A program made the translations under genes and the position numbers. Below are positions 51,541 to 61,324 of a DNA stretch of 64,000 nucleotides, one piece after another. Location of the stretch: sequence record NC_048047.1. The stretch is one strand, 5' to 3'. The notes under the pieces are model-generated. The model did not search any database, was not told the origin of the DNA, and saw only the letters and a program-made list of their open reading frames with translations. Each line of letters begins with the position of its first letter. The first letter of the stretch is position 1.

Positions 51541-51882
51541 TTACGGCTTGGCCTTGGGGTGGGTGTGGGCCGCGATCCAGGCGCGCACGTGCTGAGGGAA
51601 ACCTTCCAGTTCCTCCTCCGAGCAGCGCCACGGAATCCCTTCCGTCCCCACGCCGAAGGCGGTCCGCATGGGCACGATCGTGTACTGGTGCGCCAGCAGG
51701 TCGTGAGCGTAGGTGGCGATCGTGTCCTTGGTCCAACGGTCGTCGCCGTCGGTGGCTGTGTCGATGACGCCGTCCTTGCGGATGGCCACGATGATCACGG
51801 CGCGCAGATTGTGCTTCTCGCGTAGGGCGATGGCGTCGTCGGAGGTCACGATGCAGTTGGGATCGTCGCGTTCGGTCGGCAT
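51541..51882 (-). CDS. Hypothetical protein
   Basis: TAATG coupling. Confidence 0.55.
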   Translation of the reverse strand: MPTERDDPNCIVTSDDAIALREKHNLRAVIIVAIRKDGVIDTATDGDDRWTKDTIATYAHDLLAHQYTIVPMRTAFGVGTEGIPWRCSEEELEGFPQHVRAWIAAHTHPKAKP

Positions 51883-52148
51883 TAGGACTGATAACCTGAG
51901 AGGCGGGCTTCAATGTCTTCGGAGATGTGGGCCAGGATCAGTTTCCGAGCCTCGGTAGCGGCCTTGTCGACGAACTCCTCGGTCAAGGTCGCAGGGTCGA
52001 CGTCCAAGCCCACCGCGTCCAGCGCGGCAAAGACCAGGGGGTGAGAGAATTCGCGAAAGAGGCTGCGGATCGGTACCGGCGCGGCCTCGATGCGTTCGTG
52101 GCTCAGACCCGCATCGGTGAGGGTCTGATAGCGACTTGTGTCAAGCAT
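51882..52148 (-). CDS. Hypothetical protein
   Basis: Operonic spacing. Confidence 0.5.
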   Translation of the reverse strand: MLDTSRYQTLTDAGLSHERIEAAPVPIRSLFREFSHPLVFAALDAVGLDVDPATLTEEFVDKAATEARKLILAHISEDIEARLSGYQS

Positions 52149-53112
52149 TGGCCACCGCGATCTTCCAGTTGGGGATGACTGCCGTCAGCAGTCGGTCGGC
52201 TTCACCCACATCCTGGATGATTTGCATCTGAAGCGTATCGAACGAGGCGATCGCCGCCAATGCGGTTTGGGCTCCCGCCAGCAAGGTCCGGGTCCGATTG
52301 GACGCCAGCATCTGGTGCATGGAGTCCGTCAGGCTTTCGGAGGCCACCTGCATGGCCACGCAATGCAGTTGCAGGTTCTCGACCTTGGGCTTGATCGTCG
52401 TCATGAACGGACCGATCCGGCTCAGCAGGCTCTGGCACTGATCGCGAGCGCCCGTCAGCATCGACTCGTAGTAGCCGGGCTTGGACTTGCCGCTGATCCG
52501 ATCAAGAAAGCCCATGGGCTTGCTCGACGCTTCTTTGGTGTCGGCGATCCAGTTCTTGATCCGCGTGCCGCTATAGGCCTGCGCGATCTTGACCTGCTCA
52601 TCGGTCACACGGGCGTTGATCGCAAGATCGTCAGCACCCCAGTTCGTCCATTCGGTGACTGGGATGTCCAGGATTTCCCTGATCTTCGGCCGGATGCGCG
52701 GGTTGGCCCCGATGACCGGGTCCAGTACGAGCGCTCGCGCCGCCAGGGCGTCGATCCGGTCTGGAACGCGAGCCGGCGAGACGGCGGGGACCGCCGACGA
52801 GATCGGGGATGCGAAAGAGGCAGCGGGCGGCCACGTCGAGGTTTGTTCGAAGTAGGGCGTGCGCTCGGGCTCGGGAGAGGAAGCGATGGTCCGCCCCTGA
52901 GGGGTGGAACGCGGGGCCGCCTGAGGCTCCTCGGACGCGGCGATCTGGCGGCCGACCGGCGGACTGCGCAGAGGCGCTTCGGGCTCGGGGCTGCTGTTGA
53001 TGATCCTGGGACGCATGGAGGGTGCTGCCTTGGCGGGGTGGTCGACGATCGGCGAGGGCTCGATGGGAGCCCCCGCCGAGGCCGGCGTGATAATGCGAGG
53101 TCTAATCGCCAC
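52141..53112 (-). CDS. Pro-rich N-terminus plus helical (TelA-like?) protein
   Basis: AAGGA RBS before GTG; C-terminal helical region 'WG..DL...GFLDRI'; last gene of the Ter/Tel cluster. Confidence 0.5.
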   Translation of the reverse strand: MAIRPRIITPASAGAPIEPSPIVDHPAKAAPSMRPRIINSSPEPEAPLRSPPVGRQIAASEEPQAAPRSTPQGRTIASSPEPERTPYFEQTSTWPPAASFASPISSAVPAVSPARVPDRIDALAARALVLDPVIGANPRIRPKIREILDIPVTEWTNWGADDLAINARVTDEQVKIAQAYSGTRIKNWIADTKEASSKPMGFLDRISGKSKPGYYESMLTGARDQCQSLLSRIGPFMTTIKPKVENLQLHCVAMQVASESLTDSMHQMLASNRTRTLLAGAQTALAAIASFDTLQMQIIQDVGEADRLLTAVIPNWKIAVANA

Positions 53113-53129
53113 GCGGTAGTCCTTACTGG

Positions 53130-53759
53130 CTAGGCGACGGCGCCCGGCAGGTAGCTGTTGATGATGTCCTTGATCGTCGCCTTCTGGCCGACGTCCAGGG
53201 CTTGGAAGCGCCACTGGTTGTCCTTCAGGTACAGCGAGCCGAACTGGAGGGCGTTGTAGCGCGAGTAGTCTTCGGTCAGGTCATAGCGCAGGATGACCTC
53301 GCCGGTCAGCGGCTTGCCGTTCTCGTCCAGGGCCACGTTGCCGGCGGCATCGCGCAGGCCCTTGTAGAGGCGGCAGTAGGCGTTCTTGACCGAGCCGAAG
53401 TTGATGCCGGTGTCGTAGATGTTGACCCACAGGTCGAGTTGGTCGACGCCGCCGGTCAGCCGGCCCAGGTCCAGAATGATGCGCTCATCGTCCTGGTCGG
53501 ACGCGTTGCCCTGGCCGGTGCGGTTGTCGCCGGTGTGGATGATGGCGCGGTCCGACGATTCGAGTTGGCGGAAGTAGATGGCGCCGGGGTTGCCGATGCA
53601 CTTGGCCGGCTCGTCGTTCGGTTGCTGCTTGCACAGGAAGACCGACGAGTCGAGGTCGGCTTCCGTGGTCCAGCCGATGCCCAGGATGAAGAGGGTCTCG
53701 CCGCCGGCTTCCTTCTGGATGTTGATCCGCTCGCCCTTTTCGACGCTCAGAGTAGTCAT
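53130..53759 (-). CDS. terD: TerD-family stress protein
   Basis: 'DLDSSVFL', 'HTGDNRTG.G..D.E.I', 'FG.V.NAY.R', 'W.F.A.'. Confidence 0.88.
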   Translation of the reverse strand: MTTLSVEKGERINIQKEAGGETLFILGIGWTTEADLDSSVFLCKQQPNDEPAKCIGNPGAIYFRQLESSDRAIIHTGDNRTGQGNASDQDDERIILDLGRLTGGVDQLDLWVNIYDTGINFGSVKNAYCRLYKGLRDAAGNVALDENGKPLTGEVILRYDLTEDYSRYNALQFGSLYLKDNQWRFQALDVGQKATIKDIINSYLPGAVA

Positions 53760-53828
53760 GGGTGTCTCCTTAAAATCCGTTGTCAGGGAGGTAGAGGGGC
53801 GAGGCCGTGAAGGCCTCGCCGCAGGGAG

Positions 53829-54860
53829 TTAGGCCGAAGCCAGCAGGCCGTCGGCCTGTTTCTTGTTCTCGATCAGCGACGTGATGAACGCCGCGCCGAT
53901 GATGATAGCGCCCAGCAGGCCCGTGATCCACTCGGGAACCTCGAACACCGGCGAGATCAGCATCAGGCCGCCCAGGGCGATGATCGCCCAGAAGGCGCCG
54001 TGCTCCAGGTGCGGATAGGCTTGCAGCGTGCCGCGATCGACGGCCAGTAGCGTCAGTTCCCGCACCGCGAAGGCACCGACGAACAGGCCAACGGTGATCC
54101 AGATGATGTTGTTGGTCAAGGCGAAGGCGCCGATCACGCCGTCGAAGCTGAACGAGGCGTCCAGGACTTCGAGGTAGATGAAACCGCCGATGCCGGCCTT
54201 GATCACCTTGTCGGCGACGTCGCCGCCACCGGTCGCCAGGGTGCCAACGGCCTTGGTGGCCAGATAGGTCACCAGACCCAGGGCGCCAGCGAAGATGTAG
54301 CCGTAGCGCTCATCGGCGGGCAGCAGGCCAGCCAGGGCCAGGACGGCGATCAGCACGATCATGATCTCGGCCGAGTCCAGCATGCCGATCTTCGACAGGA
54401 AGCGTTCGATCGGGCCGAGCCAGTGGTGGTCCTTCTCCTTGTCCAGGAAGTGGGTCAGGCCCACCTTGAGCAGGAACACGCCGCCGAAGGCCGCCACCAT
54501 GTAGTGGACGCCGGTCAGGGTCGCGGCGTACTTGGCCGGATCGGTCAGGGCCATCACGGTGGCGTCGACGGGCGACATGTGCGCGGCGACCGACACGATG
54601 GCGATCGGGAACAGCAGACGCATGCCGAAGACGGCGATCAGGATGCCCCAGGTCAGGAAGATTTTGCGCCACTTTTCGTCCCAGTTCTCCAGGACGTGGG
54701 CGTTGACCACGGCGTTGTCGAAGCTCAGCGAGACTTCGAGGATGGCCAGGACGGCGACGGTGATCGCCATCGCCGGGCCGGCGATGATGAAGGCGGCGAT
54801 GACTGCCAGCACGAAGGCCAGGATCGGCAGTCGGAAGTAGTGGAATACGGGCTTGTGCAA
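53829..54860 (-). CDS. terC: TerC-like integral membrane protein (DUF475 type)
   Basis: 'LEVSLSFDNAVVNA', 'YLEVLDASFSFDGVIGAFA', 'HLEHGAFWAI'; about 9 TM. Confidence 0.88.
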   Translation of the reverse strand: MHKPVFHYFRLPILAFVLAVIAAFIIAGPAMAITVAVLAILEVSLSFDNAVVNAHVLENWDEKWRKIFLTWGILIAVFGMRLLFPIAIVSVAAHMSPVDATVMALTDPAKYAATLTGVHYMVAAFGGVFLLKVGLTHFLDKEKDHHWLGPIERFLSKIGMLDSAEIMIVLIAVLALAGLLPADERYGYIFAGALGLVTYLATKAVGTLATGGGDVADKVIKAGIGGFIYLEVLDASFSFDGVIGAFALTNNIIWITVGLFVGAFAVRELTLLAVDRGTLQAYPHLEHGAFWAIIALGGLMLISPVFEVPEWITGLLGAIIIGAAFITSLIENKKQADGLLASA

Positions 54861-54926
54861 GGGGTCCCCCTGTTTGCCGTGGATGGGAAAGGCGTCGGGT
54901 CCAGGGGGACCCGAGCCCGACGCGGT

Positions 54927-55673
54927 TTACTTGCCGCCGATCTTCTTGGCGAAGGTGGCGAACTCGGGCGTGAACAGCGACGCGTACATCGCCTCGTCCG
55001 AGATGTTCAGGTCACGGATGGCGATGAAGCCGACGTGGTCGTACTTGTCCGCCATCTGTTGCAGGAACGGGAACGTCGTGGCCGTGCCCACACCGACCAT
55101 GAAGAAGTAGATCGGCTTGTCGGCGCAGGCCTTGATCGCGGCTTCAGCTTCGCGAGCGTCGCTGTTGTCGCCGTCGGTCAGGAAGAAGATCACGGCCGGT
55201 TCGTTCGAGGGCGCGGGCGCAGCCTTCGGAGCCTCGGGCTTCTTGCCAAAGAGGCCGCCGAACATGCCGGTCGGCTTGACCGCCGCCGGAGCAGCCTTGC
55301 CCAGGAAGAGATCGCCGACGAGCAGATTGATGATGGGCGCGTACGAAGTCGAGCCCCACAGGTGCTGGTCGCCCACCTTCAGCAGCTTTTCGCGCATGAA
55401 GGTGCCGAAGTCCTCCGCCGTCGCCGAAGTGATCTTCAGGGCGCGGTGATCGAAGATGTAGGAGTCGAGGTTGCCGTCGTCGTCCAGGCGCACGGCGGCG
55501 CCGAGAAGCTGGTCGAACGACTTCTGCATGGTCCCGTTCTCGAACATCCACTTGGCCGAGTACGAGACATCGAACACGGCGCCGGCGCGAACCGGCGGAA
55601 TCGAGGTGATGCCGATCTTCTCGATGGCGAGGCCGGCGGCCTTGGCTTTCTTTTCGACGCTGAGTTGCGACAA
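54927..55673 (-). CDS. vWA-domain protein (TerF-associated vWA type)
   Basis: MIDAS-like 'FDVSYS', 'GSTSYAP', 'FLTDGDN', 'FFMVGVG'. Confidence 0.8.
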   Translation of the reverse strand: MSQLSVEKKAKAAGLAIEKIGITSIPPVRAGAVFDVSYSAKWMFENGTMQKSFDQLLGAAVRLDDDGNLDSYIFDHRALKITSATAEDFGTFMREKLLKVGDQHLWGSTSYAPIINLLVGDLFLGKAAPAAVKPTGMFGGLFGKKPEAPKAAPAPSNEPAVIFFLTDGDNSDAREAEAAIKACADKPIYFFMVGVGTATTFPFLQQMADKYDHVGFIAIRDLNISDEAMYASLFTPEFATFAKKIGGK

Positions 55674-55684
55674 GGTGTGTCTCC

Positions 55685-56779
55685 TTAGTGGGTGCGGGCG
55701 AGCGCGGTCGAGACCTGCGAGGTCAAGGCGGCGATCTGCGGGGCTTCGGCGGTCAGGCGCGCGGCCATGTCCGAGCGAATCTTGGCCATGTCGTCGATCG
55801 CGCCGACGACGCTGGCGGTGACGGCTTGCAGCGAGGCCATGTCGACGCTGCTGCGGGCCATGGCGTTGCCGATCGCGACGGTGTTCTGGCGCGTGAGGTC
55901 GGCGTTCTTGACGATCGCTTCATTGAAGGCGTCGTCGATGTTGTTGGCCAGTTCGGCGCCCTTTTTCTGCTCCATCTGGATGATGTAGAGGGCGAACTGG
56001 CGCTTCATGGCCGGCAGGGTGTTGGCCTTCAGGTCCTTGAACTTCTCGGTCAGCAGAAACGAGTTGTTCTTGACTTGGGCCAGTTGCGGGCCTTGCAGCA
56101 GGCACAGGGTGCGCGTGCGCTCCAGGTCGTCGACCTTCTTCTTGGCGAAGGCGATCGCGTCGTTCCAGTTCGACACGGCCTGCGCCGAGGTCGGATCGTT
56201 CGGATCGACGGCTGGGACATTGGCTTCGGCCCAGGCGATGCGCTCGTTGGCGGCGATCACCACCTGCCCCAGGGCGTCGTAGAGCTTCTTGTTCTCTTCT
56301 TCCAGGCCGGTGATGTCGCCGATCCGGCGCTCGAACAGGCCGATCTGGGACTGGACTTGATTGACCAGCTTGTCGACGTTGTCGTTGACCGACGAGACGT
56401 GCGCGTCGATCTGCTTGGAGCCCCAGCGCTTGAGGAAGCCGAAGGGACCCTTGTTCCACTTCGACGGATCGTACTGGCGCGCGGTGTCCAGCAGCGTCAG
56501 CAGGCCCTTGCCCAGGTCGTCCATGTCCTGGGCCTTGGCGATGCCCGTGACCTTGTCCGAGATCGTCGTCGCCCGGCTCATCTCGCCGGCGCCCAGGGAG
56601 CCGATCTCCGACAGCGTGAACGCCCGTCCCGAGGCCGGCACATAGGCCGGAGCGGCCGGGACGACCGCCTGATTGACCGGCGACGTCAACGGCGGCGCGA
56701 AGTCAGTCTTCGTTGCTTGGATCGGCGGGGCCGCTGCGGGGGCTTCGGACGCGCCAAGAGTGCGAGGTTTCGGGGGCAT
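55685..56779 (-). CDS. telA: Toxic anion resistance protein TelA family
   Basis: Long helical protein 'FGFLKR...V...VD.L', 'QG.Q...V..N...L..K', 'N..I..NA.L..QN..AI', 'VD...L'. Confidence 0.8.
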   Translation of the reverse strand: MPPKPRTLGASEAPAAAPPIQATKTDFAPPLTSPVNQAVVPAAPAYVPASGRAFTLSEIGSLGAGEMSRATTISDKVTGIAKAQDMDDLGKGLLTLLDTARQYDPSKWNKGPFGFLKRWGSKQIDAHVSSVNDNVDKLVNQVQSQIGLFERRIGDITGLEEENKKLYDALGQVVIAANERIAWAEANVPAVDPNDPTSAQAVSNWNDAIAFAKKKVDDLERTRTLCLLQGPQLAQVKNNSFLLTEKFKDLKANTLPAMKRQFALYIIQMEQKKGAELANNIDDAFNEAIVKNADLTRQNTVAIGNAMARSSVDMASLQAVTASVVGAIDDMAKIRSDMAARLTAEAPQIAALTSQVSTALARTH

Positions 56780-56847
56780 GGGTTCCACCTAGTTAGAATA
56801 CGTGAACTCGTGTCACGACCCGCGTCACGGGTCAAGCGAAAATTGTG

Positions 56848-57492
56848 TCAGATGACCGGCGCAACACCTTGCGACGTCAGCCACGCCAGGAGCGCCTCTT
56901 TCGTATCGAAGCCGTGGGCTTCGATCGAATTGGCGTCTTCGTCTTCGATCAGGCACGACCAACGCAGGTCCTCATCGTACTCGATGTCGAAGGCCGACAA
57001 GGCCGAGCCTGAATCAGTGTCGAACGCCTCGACGAACGCGACATAGATGTCATCGCCCGGCTCCAGGACCTTTTCGTTGAACGCATTGGTTTTCACCGAA
57101 AGCACTCCTTTCACCGCCTGCTGAAATTGGGGATTTGAGTGAAATCCAAGCTCCTCGGCGATCGCGTCGGCGACGGCGCTGTGATGGGCCTCGAATTCGG
57201 CGGTGTAGCTGAAGACCGCCGGATCGCCTTGCACCTCGCCGACCGCCGCCATCAACGCGGGATCGCGCGGCAGCTTGCAGTTATTGCGGTAGTGGATCAG
57301 CGACCCCGCGCACATGGCCGGCTTTGCGCCCGCCTCCAGCGTCAGGTGGCAGGGGATCGGTTTTTCGGCGCGAACCGAGTCGGTGAAAGCCGCTGCGGGG
57401 TAGCCGCCCAGGAAACCTGGAGCCGAACTACGTCGCCACGGACATTCGCGACACGGGTTCCTGTGCCGAACCGGAGGAACTGTGTCGATCAA
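56848..57492 (-). CDS. Cys-rich hypothetical protein (DUF6283-like N-terminus)
   Basis: 'PCRECPWRR...CH...CAG...CK'. Confidence 0.55.
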   Translation of the reverse strand: MIDTVPPVRHRNPCRECPWRRSSAPGFLGGYPAAAFTDSVRAEKPIPCHLTLEAGAKPAMCAGSLIHYRNNCKLPRDPALMAAVGEVQGDPAVFSYTAEFEAHHSAVADAIAEELGFHSNPQFQQAVKGVLSVKTNAFNEKVLEPGDDIYVAFVEAFDTDSGSALSAFDIEYDEDLRWSCLIEDEDANSIEAHGFDTKEALLAWLTSQGVAPVI

Positions 57493-57698
57493 ATCGCCAC
57501 AAGTCCTTCTTCGAGCAGTTCGCCAAACACCCAGTCGATTCGGTCACAGCCCTCGATCACGAAGGCGCCGTTGTGCTTGGGGGAGTCCGGTGAGACGTTC
57601 TCATCGAACCAGCGCCGACCGCCGTAGGTGATCGGCTTCATGAGGATCAGGCCCGGCTCGACCGGGGTGACGTCGATATCGATCTGCATGCCTGACAT
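57489..57698 (-). CDS. Hypothetical protein
   Basis: TAATG coupling. Confidence 0.5.
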   Translation of the reverse strand: MSGMQIDIDVTPVEPGLILMKPITYGGRRWFDENVSPDSPKHNGAFVIEGCDRIDWVFGELLEEGLVAI

Positions 57699-58111
57699 TA
57701 CCGCAGGGTGACGCCGTTGGTCTTGTCGGCGCAGCCGAAGGCGCCCAGCATTTCCTTGCCGATGTTGCGGTTGTAGAGCCGGCCTTCGTGCGTCCTGGCC
57801 TTGTCGCCGGTGTTCATGATGAAGACCGCGCTGCTACCCAGCGTCCCGTAGACGCCGCAGTAGGTATAGGAGCCGTCGGTCTCGGCGAACAGCGACACCA
57901 TCAGGATGCGCGCCGGCTGTCCGATCTGGGTTTCGATCATTTCTTCGGCGCTGCGGGCCAGGACCGGACGCTTGTGCTCCGGCACGAAGATGGGAGATCG
58001 CAGCGCGTAGGGCGGCAGATAGTCGACACCCTTGGGCGGGACGAACTCGGTCGCCTGGGCGGTGCTGGCCATCAAGAGAGCGGCGGCGAGCCCGAACAAC
58101 GAGCGTTTCAT
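57698..58111 (-). CDS. Secreted hypothetical protein
   Basis: Signal peptide 'MKRSLFGLAAALLMASTAQA'; AGGAG RBS. Confidence 0.65.
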   Translation of the reverse strand: MKRSLFGLAAALLMASTAQATEFVPPKGVDYLPPYALRSPIFVPEHKRPVLARSAEEMIETQIGQPARILMVSLFAETDGSYTYCGVYGTLGSSAVFIMNTGDKARTHEGRLYNRNIGKEMLGAFGCADKTNGVTLR

Positions 58112-58229
58112 GGGTGTCTCCTTTTCTAGTGCAGGAGCCAGAGGACGAGGCAGCAGATCAGGAAAGTGATCAGTCGCATGTCGTCCTCCGTCTCAACGTT
58201 GCCCTAGTCGTAGAGGCCCATTCTCAGCC

Positions 58230-58244
58230 TGTCAACTGTTTTCT
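58230..58244 (-). promoter_or_regulatory. Early-type promoter, AGAAAAC(A/T)GTTGACA class
   Basis: Same 15-mer at 58230, 61306, 62591 and 63672, variant at 41595, all intergenic. Confidence 0.7.
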
Positions 58245-58252
58245 TGTGGAAA

Positions 58253-58747
58253 TCAGCGGGTCTCGGTCCAGATGTCTCCGATGCGGTGACGCACCTCGTG
58301 CAAGTGGTCAAGCATCTCCAGGCCGTAGCGCTGGGCCACCACTTGGACGTTGCCTCGCCGCCAGTAGCCTTCGGGGCAGACGATCAGGCACTTTTTGGTG
58401 CGGCAGGTCAGGCCCAGTTCGAGGAGCGTCACGGGCGCCTTGCCGGCCGGATCGAAATAGAAGACCACGACGTCGGCCGCGTCCAGGTGATCGATTTCCC
58501 AGGTAACCTGCTCAACGAACGGCTCGCACGAAATGTCTTGCACGAGCGCGGAGTCAAAGTCGGCCCGGCGCGGATTGAACACCGAGATTGGCAGGTCCGA
58601 CAAAAGTTCGATCAGGTAGGTCTGCCACTCGACAGCCTTGCCCATGTCGATGCTGCCGGCCAGGAAGACTTTCAGGCGATCGGACTGGGTGACGACGCGC
58701 GGATCGTACTGCGGCGCCGTCAGGACCCTAAATGCGGGGTGTGACAT
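58253..58747 (-). CDS. Nucleoside 2-deoxyribosyltransferase-like protein
   Basis: 'VFLAGSI', 'WQ', 'FNPRR', 'Q..WE...L..AD', 'TLLELG'. Confidence 0.82.
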   Translation of the reverse strand: MSHPAFRVLTAPQYDPRVVTQSDRLKVFLAGSIDMGKAVEWQTYLIELLSDLPISVFNPRRADFDSALVQDISCEPFVEQVTWEIDHLDAADVVVFYFDPAGKAPVTLLELGLTCRTKKCLIVCPEGYWRRGNVQVVAQRYGLEMLDHLHEVRHRIGDIWTETR

Positions 58748-59048
58748 ATTCGGTTGTCTCCTTGGCCGGATCGCCGCCTTCACGGGTCCGACCGGTCTTG
58801 GGGTGTTTGTGCCAGCCCTGGGGCTCGCCGTCGAATCCTTCGACGGCCCAGGCGTGCATGGCGGCGCTGGCCAGTTCACGGGTCTGATAGCACCAGCGAT
58901 CGACATAGCTCCACTCGTTATCGATCTCGCCGGTGTGCATCGTCCAGTGAAACATCAGCCGCTTGACGCCTACCCACATGCCATTGCCCATGTCGAGAAA
59001 CTCGACATAGCCGTTGTCGTGCAGGAAGGCGTCGAAAGTCGGCGTCAT
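58728..59048 (-). CDS. Hypothetical protein
   Basis: Trp/aromatic-rich phage-type small protein. Confidence 0.55.
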   Translation of the reverse strand: MTPTFDAFLHDNGYVEFLDMGNGMWVGVKRLMFHWTMHTGEIDNEWSYVDRWCYQTRELASAAMHAWAVEGFDGEPQGWHKHPKTGRTREGGDPAKETTEYVTPRI

Positions 59049-59506
59049 AGACCCCCGCGCTTGCCGTTCAGGAAGATGATCTCGCCGGCCAAGGCATACC
59101 CGTTTCCGGGCTTCTCCAGCCAGCGCATGATCTTCAGGATCGACCCGGTGGGACTGCTATGGACCTTCGGAGCCTTCTGGAGCCGCTTGTCATAGTAGGC
59201 TGGCGAGTCCAGGCGTGGGTTGACATGCACGTCAATCCAGCGCTCGAAGCTCTGCTCGGCGAACTGACCTCGTCGGCCGCCATAGAGTTCGCGCAGGAGA
59301 GCTTCGCTGGGGCGCCCCGCCTGATAGTCCACACACCAGAGATAGGCGTCACGCCCGATGATCTTGATCTCGCTGTCACCGTATTCGTCCTGGTAGACGA
59401 CAAGGTAGGCAGGACGAGGCCCAGCGCGTGCGGGCTTAGGCTGACGCTCCGTCTCGGGTTCTGCGCTGAACCTCAAGGTGGCGCGGGTGTCTTCAGGCGA
59501 CTTCAT
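59045..59506 (-). CDS. Hypothetical protein
   Basis: Operonic overlap. Confidence 0.5.
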   Translation of the reverse strand: MKSPEDTRATLRFSAEPETERQPKPARAGPRPAYLVVYQDEYGDSEIKIIGRDAYLWCVDYQAGRPSEALLRELYGGRRGQFAEQSFERWIDVHVNPRLDSPAYYDKRLQKAPKVHSSPTGSILKIMRWLEKPGNGYALAGEIIFLNGKRGGL

Positions 59507-59975
59507 GGGCCTCGGGCGTGTATCGGAAGCCCGAGAAGTTGCCGCCTGCCGCCTTGTGCGCCCGCAGACGCCCCGCGACTTCCTGGCCCAGGGGCGTCAG
59601 ATGCAGCACCTCGCCCGGCTCCATCTCCTCGATCAGGGGCAGGATGAGATCGCGGCGACGCACGCCCATCAACCCGGCGTGGACCATGTCCTGGACGCAG
59701 TGCCAGTCGTCATGGTTTTCGATGAAGGTGCCGTTGTTCAGGCGCGACCCGAATTCAGGCTTCATGACGGCGCCGTCGTGACCACCGTTGACCCGCCGGG
59801 GTCGGCGGCACTGCTCGTGCATGACGCGGAAGTGCTGGCGGCCTTGCCGCATGCGCGCGTCATAGCCAACCTGGAAGCCCTGGCAGTCGACCATGACGAC
59901 TTCGGCATAGGCCAACATCGACCAATGGTCCTTGCCAAAAAGGGTGATCGGCACGTAGCCGTCGTCGAGCGTCAT
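59493..59975 (-). CDS. Hypothetical protein
   Basis: AGGAG RBS. Confidence 0.6.
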   Translation of the reverse strand: MTLDDGYVPITLFGKDHWSMLAYAEVVMVDCQGFQVGYDARMRQGRQHFRVMHEQCRRPRRVNGGHDGAVMKPEFGSRLNNGTFIENHDDWHCVQDMVHAGLMGVRRRDLILPLIEEMEPGEVLHLTPLGQEVAGRLRAHKAAGGNFSGFRYTPEAHEVA

Positions 59976-59983
59976 GGAGGCTC

Positions 59984-60346
59984 CTAGAGCTTGGGTTCGT
60001 AGGAAAGGTCGTCGAAGACGGCCACGCGGAAGGTGCGCTCGGGACCTTCGCCCGTGCGCCTGAAGTTCAGGACCGCGATCTCCATGCGCCTGCCTTCGAA
60101 CTTCTTCTTGTCGGCCTCCGAATAGCGCGACGCGTGCCCGTAGGTGAACCGCGCGCCTTCCCAGCCGAGTTTGGCGGTGAAGGTCGAGGCCTCGCGGATC
60201 GCGCGCAGCATCACGGCCAGGACCACTTCATACGACCAGTCGCCGTACTTGGCCTTCTGGGGTTCACGGTTGGCGATCGCCACCTCGTGGGCCAGCTTGA
60301 AGATTTCGTCGCCCGGCAGGGTGAGGGTGTGCATGGGTTCGGTCAA
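59984..60346 (-). CDS. Hypothetical protein
   Basis: AAGGAG RBS. Confidence 0.55.
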   Translation of the reverse strand: MTEPMHTLTLPGDEIFKLAHEVAIANREPQKAKYGDWSYEVVLAVMLRAIREASTFTAKLGWEGARFTYGHASRYSEADKKKFEGRRMEIAVLNFRRTGEGPERTFRVAVFDDLSYEPKL

Positions 60347-60717
60347 CGGCTTCTCCTTTTGTCTCGGGCGAACGGGGAGGGTTTGCCTCGATGTTTGGCC
60401 TGCTCGGCCTTGCGTTCGGTCATGGCGGCCTTCACGGCGCCGGCCTTGGTCTTGTAGAGCTTGGTCCAGGCGCTCGAACCATTGACCCGTGCCGCCCAGC
60501 CCTCCTTGCGGGCGTAGGCATAGACTTCGCCAGCGCGGACGAACGGCACGAAGGAATCGGCCGTGACACCGTCGCCGAACGGATCAATCTGGTCATGAAG
60601 GAGCGAGATGCTCTTGCCGCCGATCAGGGTCGCTTCCCAGAAGGAGGCATAGACGAACTGGATGCCGTCGATGCTCTCGAAGGGACCAAACGAGCGAGGA
60701 TTGAGCGTGTCGGTCAT
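60343..60717 (-). CDS. Hypothetical protein
   Basis: ATGA overlap with upstream stop. Confidence 0.55.
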   Translation of the reverse strand: MTDTLNPRSFGPFESIDGIQFVYASFWEATLIGGKSISLLHDQIDPFGDGVTADSFVPFVRAGEVYAYARKEGWAARVNGSSAWTKLYKTKAGAVKAAMTERKAEQAKHRGKPSPFARDKRRSR

Positions 60718-60953
60718 GCCAGAACCCTTTGGCAGATGTGGGCGAACGCCGCCTGGAACGAGCCGAACAACTGGTCGGTCTCGTAGAGATGGGCATAGGC
60801 CGGCCGCTCGGGGCGGTCGATGCGGATGAACCACACGCCGGTCGGCTGAAACTTGTCGTCCAGGCGGCTGCGGATCGCGGCGATCCGGCCACGCTCGTCA
60901 CAGACGTCCCAGGCGTCCTCGCCGCGCTTGTGGATGGTGATGTAGTCCAGCAT
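60714..60953 (-). CDS. Hypothetical protein
   Basis: Operonic spacing. Confidence 0.55.
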   Translation of the reverse strand: MLDYITIHKRGEDAWDVCDERGRIAAIRSRLDDKFQPTGVWFIRIDRPERPAYAHLYETDQLFGSFQAAFAHICQRVLA

Positions 60954-60955
60954 GA

Positions 60956-61258
60956 TCAGCGCACCCGGATGTTCTGGTCGAGGCCTCGGAGGGCCTCCTT
61001 GCGGGTGTAGTAACCGCCGAAGCGCTTACCCGGCCCGTGCGCCACCGACTCGTAGTACCAGCGCATCGAGTCCCAGGACGAGGCGATGACGCGCTGTCCG
61101 GGGATGCCTTTTTCTTGGCGCTCCATGCGCTGGCCGACCCAGCCGATCACGGCGCCGTCGACGCTCACCGCATAGCGATGCAGCTTCTGCTGCTTGCCGC
61201 CCTTGATGAGCACCGGCGAGAAGATCGCCGGGACGGCCGTCAGAACGTGTTCGGTCAT
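60956..61258 (-). CDS. Hypothetical protein
   Basis: GAGGAG RBS; promoter upstream. Confidence 0.6.
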   Translation of the reverse strand: MTEHVLTAVPAIFSPVLIKGGKQQKLHRYAVSVDGAVIGWVGQRMERQEKGIPGQRVIASSWDSMRWYYESVAHGPGKRFGGYYTRKEALRGLDQNIRVR

Positions 61259-61324
61259 GGGGTCTCCTCTGTTCGATGCCCTTGCTTAAGCTGCCCTCAA
61301 GAAGGTGTCAACAGTTTTCTTGCA

